Shown piece by piece: positions 1 to 8,614 of a DNA stretch of 64,000 nt (positions within the stretch are counted from its first letter, which is position 1; the number at the start of each line of letters is the position of its first letter). This DNA comes from an uncultured Nitrososphaerota archaeon (lineage in GTDB: Archaea; Thermoproteota; EX4484-205; JAAOZP01). The notes beneath the pieces are model-generated. The model saw only the letters and a list, made by a program, of their open reading frames with translations. It did not search any database and was not told where the DNA came from. The stretch spans positions 79,691 to 143,690 of the forward strand of contig CAZWPT010000045.1 in assembly GCA_964635675.1 (NCBI GenBank). The letters are read 5' to 3'. Position numbers and translations under genes: made by a program.

Positions 1-358
1 TGACATAGCGGTTCTCAGGCAAATAGCCGACTTAATCGCAATCATGTACGCAGGCAAAATAGTTGAGCTGAGTTCTACTGATAACGTGCTATACAACCCC
101 AAGCACCCATACACCACCGGATTGATCAACGCTGTTGTCACTCCTGAACCCGAGGTCAGGAGGCGGGGAATCGTTTCAATAGCTGGCGAGCCGCCGAATC
201 TTTTGAAGCCGCCTAGCGGGTGCCGCTTCCACCCGCGTTGCAAGTTTGCAATGGATTTATGTTCGAAAGAGGAGCCCCCCCTATTAGAGGTAGGAGACAA
301 AACTCTCGTAGCATGCCATCTTTTCTCCTCAAAGAGGGAGGATAAGGTTGCTTCTTGA
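1..358 (+). CDS. ABC transporter ATP-binding protein of the oligopeptide/dipeptide family (OppD/DppD-like), C-terminal fragment. The 5' end lies outside the window.
   Basis: The translation ends with the Opp/Dpp-type C-terminal domain (NPKHPYTTGLI ... CRFHPRC ... C). The reading frame is open to the window edge. The stop overlaps the start of the next ABC ATPase gene. Confidence 0.8.
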   Translation, partial: DIAVLRQIADLIAIMYAGKIVELSSTDNVLYNPKHPYTTGLINAVVTPEPEVRRRGIVSIAGEPPNLLKPPSGCRFHPRCKFAMDLCSKEEPPLLEVGDKTLVACHLFSSKREDKVAS

Positions 359-1139
359 AGTGAACAACCTGACTAAGGTTTTCACCGTCGGACTGCTTAG
401 GAAGAAGGAAATAGTTGCCGTAAAGGACGTGACGTTTCAAGCGACCCCCGGCCAGTTCATATCTCTAGTGGGGGAAAGCGGCTCCGGAAAGACAACGACG
501 GCAAAGATAATTCTGAAGCTGCTTCCACCAACCTCTGGCCAGATACTGTTTGAAGGCAAGGATGTAACCAGGCTTCGGAAGCATGAGGAGCTAAGGGAAT
601 ATTGGCGTAAAGTACATGGTATTTTCCAAGACCCGTATGCCTCCTTCAACCCCCTTCAGAAGGTGGATAGAGTACTCTATCAAGCTTTTGAACTCATGGA
701 CGATAAGGATATCAATAAGGATAGGGTTGTTCGCGAGGCATTAAGGGAGGTCGGCCTTAACTGGGATGAGGTGTTGGGTAAATATCCGCATGAGCTCAGC
801 GGCGGGCAGAGGCAGAGGATCATGGTAGCCAGATGCTACATGATTAAGCCTAGACTCATACTGGCTGACGAGCCTGTCTCGATGATAGATGCTTCCACCA
901 GGAAGAGTGTTCTCCAGCTCTTCACAAACTTAAGGGACGAGTATAAAACTTCAGTCATATTCATAACCCACGACCTAGGCCTAGCCTACTATGTTAGTGA
1001 CGAAATAATCATAATGTATAGGGGCGTGATAGTGGAGAGGGGGCCGCCTGAAGAAATATTGGAGCACGCGCGTTCAGAGTACACTAAAAGACTCAGGTCT
1101 GATGTCCCGCTTTTGTATAAGAAGTGGGAGGGCTTTTAG
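348..1139 (+). CDS. ABC transporter ATP-binding protein (OppF/DppF-like)
   Basis: Walker A is GESGSGKTT, the ABC signature is LSGGQRQR, and Walker B is LILADEP. The start overlaps the preceding ATPase gene, which is typical for a D-F pair. Confidence 0.9.
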   Translation: MLLEVNNLTKVFTVGLLRKKEIVAVKDVTFQATPGQFISLVGESGSGKTTTAKIILKLLPPTSGQILFEGKDVTRLRKHEELREYWRKVHGIFQDPYASFNPLQKVDRVLYQAFELMDDKDINKDRVVREALREVGLNWDEVLGKYPHELSGGQRQRIMVARCYMIKPRLILADEPVSMIDASTRKSVLQLFTNLRDEYKTSVIFITHDLGLAYYVSDEIIIMYRGVIVERGPPEEILEHARSEYTKRLRSDVPLLYKKWEGF

Positions 1140-1202
1140 CCACAGGCCGTGACCAGCCTACCGCAAAGCTTTTAAATTTGACCAAGACAAATCGAGTATA
1201 GG

Positions 1203-2216
1203 TTGAACCCATTACTCCGGTACATTGCCAGGCGCGTTGCATTTCTCTTAACAACCTTCTTTGCCTTCCTGCTTATAATATTCGCCTTGCCGAGAGCAAT
1301 ACCTGGAAACCCGCTCGCCCAGATTCTCTACCGCATGTTTCAACAGGCACAGACAAACCCGGACCTTGTTCAGGCGGTTTACAAACAGCTTATGGAGGAG
1401 TTCGGCATAGGAAAGCCGTTACACGAACAGATGATAGAGTTCTTCACCAGACTGCTTCAGGGAGACCTAGGCACTTCTATAGCATTCTACCCCAGAAAGG
1501 TTGCTGACCTAGTTTTCATCTACCTGCCCTGGTCCCTTGGGCTATTAATACCTGCCACGCTCGTCTCCTGGATCCTTGGTAATCTTCTAGGCGCTTTAGC
1601 AGGCTATAAAAGAAAAACCGCGGTTGACAACGCTTTGTTAACGGTTTTTCTAACGCTTTCCCAGACGCCTTACTATTGGCTTGCGATGATCCTGCTCTAC
1701 GTGTTTGCCGTGACTTTCAGAGTGTTTCCACTCGGCGGAGCCTATAGCAAAGCTCTCATGCCTTCTCTCACCTTAACATTCATAATGAACTTCTTATATC
1801 ATTACGTGCTTCCTTTCTTCTCCATAGTCCTCGCCGCCATAGGTGGCTGGGCCATCGGCATGCGCTCAATGGTGATTTACGAGCTTGGAGCAGATTACGT
1901 GAGCTATGCTGACTCACTGGGCTTATCGGACAGCAAAATGTTAAGATATATTTTTAAAAACTCGATGCTTCCTCAAGTAACTGGACTAGCCTTAAACTTT
2001 GGAACGATTCTCGGCGGCTCTCTAATAACGGAGCTGGTCTTCAGCTATCCGGGCACCGGTTATCTTATATTCAGGTCGCTAAGTATGCTTGACTATCCTA
2101 TGATTCAGGGGACATTCATACTGCTTATATCAACTTTGCTGCTTGCAAACTTCATAGTTGACCTGATATATTCTTATATCGACCCTAGAATAAGGACAGG
2201 CTATGCTACTAGTTGA
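1203..2216 (+). CDS. ABC transporter permease (DppB/OppB-like)
   Basis: The N-terminus (MNPLLRYIARRVAFLL) is typical of DppB. The protein is polytopic and carries an EAA-like loop region. It sits in an operon with the ATPases and the substrate-binding protein. Confidence 0.85.
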   Translation: MNPLLRYIARRVAFLLTTFFAFLLIIFALPRAIPGNPLAQILYRMFQQAQTNPDLVQAVYKQLMEEFGIGKPLHEQMIEFFTRLLQGDLGTSIAFYPRKVADLVFIYLPWSLGLLIPATLVSWILGNLLGALAGYKRKTAVDNALLTVFLTLSQTPYYWLAMILLYVFAVTFRVFPLGGAYSKALMPSLTLTFIMNFLYHYVLPFFSIVLAAIGGWAIGMRSMVIYELGADYVSYADSLGLSDSKMLRYIFKNSMLPQVTGLALNFGTILGGSLITELVFSYPGTGYLIFRSLSMLDYPMIQGTFILLISTLLLANFIVDLIYSYIDPRIRTGYATS

Positions 2217-2330
2217 AAACTCTGTTACCTCTGTTACATGTTGAGGATTGAAAGTACGCGCGTGCTGTTTATATGGATATTTTATAGAAGAAAAAGCTTA
2301 AATAGTGCTTTCCAATATTCTAACCGATGT

Positions 2331-4292
2331 AAAATGAAAGGAAGAATATTCTCATTGTTCCTGCTGTCTTTCATATTGCTTCTGAATTTTCTCCCGTTCA
2401 AACCCATAAAAGCCCAACAAACGTTTCCAAGGGATCAAACGGTCTACATCTCTTCGCCCTGGTCCATACCCGGTTGGAACCCGACGATGAGTGACACGAA
2501 CTGGATGACCCAGATTCAATACCCGACTTTTTACCTATACAATCTTTTCACGGATGAGTGGATTCCGTACGCTGCCTCCGCCTATACGTGGGTTGACAAA
2601 TATACCTTAGAGGTAAAGATAAGGACTGAGGCGAAGTGGTGGGATGGTAAACCTGTGACTGCCGATGATGTAATGTATACTTGGGAGCTGGGAAAGAGGA
2701 TGTTTGTTCCCTTCATAACCCCATTCTGGGATTACTTGGAAGAAGTTGTAGCTATCGACTCTAAAACGGTGCATTTTAGGACGAGTGAGAAGAAACTAAA
2801 CTACTTCCAGTTGCTAGGCGTCCTGCAGCAAATAATTCTGCCAAAGCATAGATGGGAAACGCTGGAAGCAAGATATGGTAAGAAGCTTACGACCGATTTC
2901 AGGGATGATAAGCCAGAGGACATAATTGGGGCGGGTCCATATAGAGCTTACACGGTTTCGGAGTCGAGTTTCTCATACATAAGAGTCGACGACTGGTGGG
3001 GGAAGGACATATTTGGCATTCCAAATCCCAAGTACGTGGTTATATGGATACCCAAGGACAACGTGGCCGCAGCTTTAGCATTTGAACAAGGAGAACTTGA
3101 CTACATGACTCATTTCACTCCCAAGATATGGGAGATGTGGGAAGTTAAGAAGTTGCCAGTAAGGACCTACTACGCGCGTCCTCCGTACTATGTTGGCGGA
3201 GGAGTTGTTTTCCTCTGGATGAACTATAAGACAAAGGGATTGGACAACCCGACGGTTAGAAGGGCCATAGCACACGCGTTGAACATAAGCGAGATGATAG
3301 AGAAGGCCTACTACAACTATGGTTTACAGGCTAAGCCGGTCCCCATAATACACACTAGTGCTGCCGCCATATACATCAATGAATCGCTAATAAGTAACTA
3401 CGGATGGTCTTTTAACATTGAGAAGGCTAAGAAGATACTTGATGACGCCGGCATAAAACCGGGTCCCGATGGCATAAGGAGGCTGCCTGACGGCACAAAG
3501 CTTGGTCCATACACCATACAGGTTCCATATGGTTGGACAGATTGGATGATGATGTGCGATATGATAGCCTCAAACCTCAAGGCAATAGGGATAGAGGTTG
3601 AACCAGTATTTCCAGACTTCTCCGTTTGGTGGCAACGCTTAACCGAAAAGAACTGGGATATGGTCTTAGGATGGGCTGACGCTTCGCCTGGCTATTCTCA
3701 TCCATGGAATGCTTTCAGGTCAACGATGGACCCGAGGCTAAGCCATCCGTCTGGTAATTGGGAGAACTATAACAACCCTGAGGTTACCACTCTTATCGAT
3801 GCGCTTCCCGTAGAGACAGATCCCGCAAAAATAAAGGCTATTTATAATAAGCTGCAGGAAATATGGTTAAAAGACATACCTGGAGTACCGCTCTTCTATG
3901 GTGCATCGTGGTATGAGTATTCCGAGGCCCACTGGGTCGGCTGGGCCAACGAGGAGAACAAGTTCTGGTTCCCTCAGGCCTGGAACTGGCCTTCCAACAT
4001 GCCAATATTCTTCAGAGTAGTGCCGAAGGGTCAAACGCCAAAGGAAGTTCCTTGGGTCGAGACAAAATTTCCAACCAGCAAGATACTTGCAGACCTGGCA
4101 GCTGCTCCAGTCCATGGACTAGTAACCGTGACGAGAACCGTTACGGAAACCGTGGTTCAGACGGTTGCGACCACCGTCACGACCACGCAAACCGTCCCGG
4201 CTTTCGACGTGGTTAGCGCTGGAGGCATAGGAGTAGTAGCCCTAGTAATAGGAGTAGCGGTTGGCTGGCTAGTCGCCTCTAGAAAGAAGTAG
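2331..4292 (+). CDS. ABC transporter substrate-binding protein of family 5 (OppA-like). It has an N-terminal signal peptide, a C-terminal Thr/Val-rich linker and a TM anchor.
   Basis: The ORF in the track runs 2238..4292. The likely true start is the internal ATG at 2331 (MKGRIFSLFLLSFILLL, a signal peptide). A family-5 SBP core follows. The C-terminus (TVTRTVTETVVQTVATTVTTTQTV, then a hydrophobic helix, then SRKK) is the archaeal membrane-anchored SBP type. Confidence 0.85.
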   Translation, partial: KMKGRIFSLFLLSFILLLNFLPFKPIKAQQTFPRDQTVYISSPWSIPGWNPTMSDTNWMTQIQYPTFYLYNLFTDEWIPYAASAYTWVDKYTLEVKIRTEAKWWDGKPVTADDVMYTWELGKRMFVPFITPFWDYLEEVVAIDSKTVHFRTSEKKLNYFQLLGVLQQIILPKHRWETLEARYGKKLTTDFRDDKPEDIIGAGPYRAYTVSESSFSYIRVDDWWGKDIFGIPNPKYVVIWIPKDNVAAALAFEQGELDYMTHFTPKIWEMWEVKKLPVRTYYARPPYYVGGGVVFLWMNYKTKGLDNPTVRRAIAHALNISEMIEKAYYNYGLQAKPVPIIHTSAAAIYINESLISNYGWSFNIEKAKKILDDAGIKPGPDGIRRLPDGTKLGPYTIQVPYGWTDWMMMCDMIASNLKAIGIEVEPVFPDFSVWWQRLTEKNWDMVLGWADASPGYSHPWNAFRSTMDPRLSHPSGNWENYNNPEVTTLIDALPVETDPAKIKAIYNKLQEIWLKDIPGVPLFYGASWYEYSEAHWVGWANEENKFWFPQAWNWPSNMPIFFRVVPKGQTPKEVPWVETKFPTSKILADLAAAPVHGLVTVTRTVTETVVQTVATTVTTTQTVPAFDVVSAGGIGVVALVIGVAVGWLVASRKK

Positions 4293-4352
4293 AGAGGCAA
4301 ACCCCCAAAAGGTTTTTTATTTCTATGCTATTTTTCTCCAATAGGGCAGGGT

Positions 4353-4562
4353 GTGAACAGCATGTTCAGAAGGATATTGCTGACGATTCTCGTGTGGGGT
4401 CTTATCCTGGAAATACTGACCCTTATATATCTCCGCGATATGGCTTGGAGGTTTGAATTCGCATACAATCTTTTCCTCCTAATAATAACTTCAATAGCCT
4501 TGCTAATACTTGTGGCAAGGATGAGAAGCGAGTATAGGAGGACGGTGGCTTCGAAAGACTAG
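4353..4562 (+). CDS. small hypothetical membrane protein (2 predicted TM helices)
   Basis: 69-aa ORF with two hydrophobic segments. No recognisable domain. Confidence 0.3.
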   Translation: MNSMFRRILLTILVWGLILEILTLIYLRDMAWRFEFAYNLFLLIITSIALLILVARMRSEYRRTVASKD

Positions 4563-4569
4563 GGTGCTG

Positions 4570-6873
4570 TTAAACCGGCAACCCGAGGGACATGAAGAGG
4601 TCGATGACGACCTTGGGCTTAACCGGGAACCATAAGGCGAACCAAAAAACCTGCGTAATTACGACTAAGGCTTGTAGTAATCTATGGTGTTTCCCTCGGC
4701 TCAGGCAGCCGGATAGGCCGATGTAGAGTCCCGGCAACACCGAGTAGAAGTAAAACGGGTATACCCACCTCGTCATCAGGTATGCGAGCAGAACGTACGG
4801 TAAAAAGCTGGCTAAAACCCATAGTAGAGTGAAAAGAAGCGGCCTCTCGAAACTCCGGCTCCTTATTCCTTTGAATATGTAGAATAGGCTGATGGGTATG
4901 AATACCCATATGCTCCACCAGAGCGGAGTGTAGATGCCGTAGTAGGCGAAAGAATTATATTCTCTCACAACCCCTTCAACCACTTCCCTTGTCGTCAGCA
5001 GGTAGAATGGCATGGGGGAGAATGGTTCCAACGGGTTTACCCACTGTAACGGAAGGATCACGTCCCTAGGGTCTTGATATTTTAAGCTGCTGTGGTAAGC
5101 CAGCATATAGCTAACATGTTTCAAAGGATTCCTGTCAAAGATCGAGTAGTAGGAATCGTATATCCATAGGCCAGTCAAAAATACGACGAGCACAGTAGCC
5201 GCAACCCTCATGCAGGATTTTGCAACATGTTTAAATGAGTTCTCCGAGCCCCCCGCGCTTATGATTAGAAACAGTGCAATGCCAGGATATATAAACAAGG
5301 AACTGAGCTTGCATAAAGAGGCTAGGCCCAGGAAAAGACCGCCCAGATCATGCTTCCCTCTTAAAACAAGTAGGCTCGCAGCAAGTATGAACGCCATAGC
5401 TGGAGCATCAAGAATAGCCATCTGCCCTATGTTGAATGCCATAATGTCGAAAGCGAACAGAATTACGGAGCATAGGGAAACATCTTTTCTGCCGCCCAGG
5501 AGTAAGGCAAGCATATAGATTAGTAGTATAGATGCTAAGCTGGCCGAGATGACTGATGCACGCCAACCTGCCGGGTTATCTCCTAATAGTGCAATACTTA
5601 ACGCGATTAAAAGCTTCGTCAGAGGCGGATGCTCGTTATTCGTCGCCTCGCCGCGAAGCATGTCTCTAGCTGCACTAACGTAATACCTTTCATCAAAGAT
5701 AAGGTCCCAGCTTACCATCCCTCCGGGTGTTTCACGCTTAGGGTATTCGAGAATGGACAGCCTCAGGATCAACGTGAGAGCAACTACGGCTAGCAAAGCC
5801 AGCTCAGGAGTTGCTTTCTTGAAAGAATTCAAAGCCAGCATTCTTCTCTTTATTGTCACGCGGGCCCTAGACACCAGCATCGTGAAACTCTGCCGATATT
5901 TCCCGCAAGTGGACGAAACCGTCTTAACCATGCTTCTCGTGTTCAAAAGCACCAACAGGGCCAGGGTTAGTATCGCCAAGACCATTGACACTGCTTCGCT
6001 GAACAAGTCTAGGAATGATAGATTTGGATGTAAAACCGCGACCAGCCTGTTAGTGTACAGGTAGTGATTAAAATACCAGTGAACCAGAAGGGAGGCGTAG
6101 ATGCCGTAAAGTACGTATGACAGGGCCATAGCAAACCCCTGTATGAACGCTAAGGTGAGCTTTCCAACACCCCAAGCGTTTGGAACCGCGTAGTGCGAGA
6201 AAGCGAAGAGAGCTGAGGAAAAAATAATGGTCACCCATTCGTCATTTTCGATCTTAAAAGATACGGGTAAGCCCCATGATCTTAAAAGCCTCTTCGCGCT
6301 TTCAGGGCTAAAGAATGAGAGTAGAGAAACATTCAGCTTTTTGCGAAACGAAAGGTTGCCGACACCCCTGTTCAGGTAGAAAGAGTAGAAAAAACCCAGC
6401 AGTAGCATTCTGAACACGATCTCCTCCAGTATGGGGGACCAGGCTAATTGAAAGTAGGCTGATATTGGATCCGGGCTTAAGGGTGGGATGCCTGTCGATA
6501 TCTGTAGATTTTTTTGGATCGATTCGATAAGGCTCAGAGCCGTATGAGTTAGGCTCGTGATAACAGGCATAAGCAGCAAGAAATTGCCGCTTGGAAATGC
6601 AACAGGCTCTTGAAGAAATCTGCGTGCCGCTTCTCTGAGGCTTTCTCCCGACTTGAAAGCGAAAACGAAGCATAAGGAATAAATAATTTCAGCAAGTACA
6701 AAGTAGAAGTACCATGATGTTTGGATTTCCGACACTGCTTTCGATAGGCCTTCGGTTAAAATTATACTGATACCTAGAGGAATCGAGAGGAGGCTTAGTG
6801 CAATCAAGACGACAATAAGGATGAATGTAAATGGTTTCAGACACGAATGGGCAGCTTTCAAAGATATGTTCAT
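4570..6873 (-). CDS. Fusion protein. The N-terminal part is a CPBP-family (CAAX/Abi) intramembrane metalloprotease domain. The C-terminal part is a GT-C-fold glycosyltransferase resembling PMT/ArnT-type dolichyl/undecaprenyl-phosphate-sugar transferases.
   Basis: All three CPBP motifs are present: EEIVFR (EExxxR), FAFSH (FxxxH) and HWYFN (HxxxN). The C-terminal 430 aa or so are polytopic and carry a DE-containing first-loop motif (IFDERYYVSAARDM) like GT39/GT83 enzymes. Confidence 0.7.
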   Translation of the reverse strand: MNISLKAAHSCLKPFTFILIVVLIALSLLSIPLGISIILTEGLSKAVSEIQTSWYFYFVLAEIIYSLCFVFAFKSGESLREAARRFLQEPVAFPSGNFLLLMPVITSLTHTALSLIESIQKNLQISTGIPPLSPDPISAYFQLAWSPILEEIVFRMLLLGFFYSFYLNRGVGNLSFRKKLNVSLLSFFSPESAKRLLRSWGLPVSFKIENDEWVTIIFSSALFAFSHYAVPNAWGVGKLTLAFIQGFAMALSYVLYGIYASLLVHWYFNHYLYTNRLVAVLHPNLSFLDLFSEAVSMVLAILTLALLVLLNTRSMVKTVSSTCGKYRQSFTMLVSRARVTIKRRMLALNSFKKATPELALLAVVALTLILRLSILEYPKRETPGGMVSWDLIFDERYYVSAARDMLRGEATNNEHPPLTKLLIALSIALLGDNPAGWRASVISASLASILLIYMLALLLGGRKDVSLCSVILFAFDIMAFNIGQMAILDAPAMAFILAASLLVLRGKHDLGGLFLGLASLCKLSSLFIYPGIALFLIISAGGSENSFKHVAKSCMRVAATVLVVFLTGLWIYDSYYSIFDRNPLKHVSYMLAYHSSLKYQDPRDVILPLQWVNPLEPFSPMPFYLLTTREVVEGVVREYNSFAYYGIYTPLWWSIWVFIPISLFYIFKGIRSRSFERPLLFTLLWVLASFLPYVLLAYLMTRWVYPFYFYSVLPGLYIGLSGCLSRGKHHRLLQALVVITQVFWFALWFPVKPKVVIDLFMSLGLPV

Positions 6874-7205
6874 CTTAGCTTATTATCCGGCAAATTATTA
6901 ATGAGAATGCCAAAGTTTAAAAGCATTACGGCAACGCGTGCAGACTCAGGGTTAGTCAATAGTTTAAGTCCCAATGCTCATCCTCCTCGCAGAAGCCCGG
7001 GATGGGAGGCTAGTTTTCAACATTTCCCCAAAACACCCTTTACCTTTAAGACGGGTTCTCTTTCATTTCTCTTCAAATTAGTCTAGGGGAAACGGGTTGA
7101 AACACTTCGGTTAAGCGTGGCGAGGAGCGTTGAACAATGCCTTGCTTAAAGTTTGAGATGATTTTACGGAGTAGGCTAACATTAACACTTGGTGACCAAT
7201 ATAGC

Positions 7206-8324
7206 CTAACTCTTCCATACGATTGAGATACTGGTTGAATAACCCCAAACTAGGCTTAAAGCAATACCTACGAGGTTTGCGAGAAGATAGTGTAGTCCAG
7301 AGTAAACAGTTAAAACATGTAATGTGAAAAGCTCTATACAGATTCCTACTATTCTTGTCCAGTTGTATTCGAAGGCTCTCCTAAACACCGATCTTAAAGA
7401 GGAATCGGCCACCAGGTCTCTGAACGTGAAAAATTCATTCAGAGCGAAGTTTGATAAGACGGAGGCTTCTGCGCTGATCGAAGCGGAGAACACGTAATGC
7501 AGATGAAAGTTTTCAGTCAAAAACCATAAGATGGCCTCGTTAACTAGGATCCCCACCAACCCGACCAGCATGAAGCTTATAAGCCTCCTGTATTCGCTTG
7601 CCTCCTTTACTAAGGAGTATAAGTGTTTAAGATAAAGCAGAATCTCGCGTAACCCGAGTTTACTTCTGCCTCCAGCCCTACGCTGAAAACTGTAAGGTAT
7701 TTCGCAGACCCTTCCATATCTGCCTTTCGCAAGTATTTCAAGCAGGATCTTGTAACCTATAGGGTTCAGCTTAATTCCATTAATCACTTTCTTATGGAGG
7801 GCGAAGTATCCGGAGAGCGGGTCTGAAACGCGGCTCGTCTTCGGCAGGGAAATGTGCGCAAGGATGGTGGCTCCTTTAGATACAAGTCTCCTCCACGCGC
7901 TAAGGCCCTCGGCTCCACCCCCCTTAACATACCTTGAGGCGATGACAATGTCGCAGCCTCTTCTTAACCCTTCCAACATGTGTGTCAGGGCTTCCGGAGG
8001 GTGCTGCAAGTCAGCGTCCATAACCGCTATCAGCCGTGCTCTCGCCAACCTTAGACCATCCGTAACCGCAGAGCCCAATCCCAGCTTTCCAGGCCTTCTC
8101 ACCACCCTGATGTTTCCAAACTTTATGTTAAGCCCCTCAGCGATGCCGGCTGTCCCATCAGGACTATTGTCGTCGATGATGATGATCTCGAAATCTACAC
8201 CCTTCAACGCATCCTCTATTCTTTCGATAAGCTTAGGAATGGTTTCTGCTTCCATGTACGTGGGTATTATGATTGACAATTGCATACTGTACTCGACCGA
8301 TTCTCCCGCTTCCTCTTCGACCAA
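7206..8324 (-). CDS. GT2-family polyprenol/dolichol-phosphate sugar synthase (DPM1-like) with a C-terminal GtrA-like membrane domain
   Basis: LSIIIPTYMEAETI ... IIIDDNSPDGT ... VMDADLQHPPE is the classic Dpm1/GT2 core. The C-terminal hydrophobic GtrA-like segment follows. It lies immediately upstream, on the same strand, of the GT-C fusion gene. Confidence 0.85.
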   Translation of the reverse strand: MVEEEAGESVEYSMQLSIIIPTYMEAETIPKLIERIEDALKGVDFEIIIIDDNSPDGTAGIAEGLNIKFGNIRVVRRPGKLGLGSAVTDGLRLARARLIAVMDADLQHPPEALTHMLEGLRRGCDIVIASRYVKGGGAEGLSAWRRLVSKGATILAHISLPKTSRVSDPLSGYFALHKKVINGIKLNPIGYKILLEILAKGRYGRVCEIPYSFQRRAGGRSKLGLREILLYLKHLYSLVKEASEYRRLISFMLVGLVGILVNEAILWFLTENFHLHYVFSASISAEASVLSNFALNEFFTFRDLVADSSLRSVFRRAFEYNWTRIVGICIELFTLHVLTVYSGLHYLLANLVGIALSLVWGYSTSISIVWKS

Positions 8325-8614
8325 TATTTTTCCTCCAGTGCTTGCTAACTAAGTCTATTCATATTAAAGCTCCCGGCTATAAACTTAAACCAGGATGACA
8401 ATACCTTGAACCCGGGTATGAGGCTTATTAACAATGCTGGAGAAAACCGTCTCCATGCGTTGTATCAGCGGGAGACAATGGTCGAAAACTTTCTGAAGAA
8501 ATACTCTATTCGACTTCTGCAGCATCGCGAGGACAGTATTGCTTCAATTTTCATAACCATGGTTTGCATTAGGCATAAATGTTTTAAATAACTTTTCAAC
8601 ATTCTGCCGAATAA

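Noticed and set aside
5210-6064. two plus-strand ORFs of about 100 aa
   Set aside because: They are antisense within the CPBP/GT-C fusion gene.
7852-8352. 166-aa plus-strand ORF
   Set aside because: It lies entirely inside the well-supported GT2 Dpm1-like gene on the opposite strand. It has no motifs.
8406-8591. 61-aa ORF in the divergent promoter region between the GT2 gene and the GH42-like gene
   Set aside because: It is short and AT-rich, has no motif, and sits where two divergent promoters are expected.
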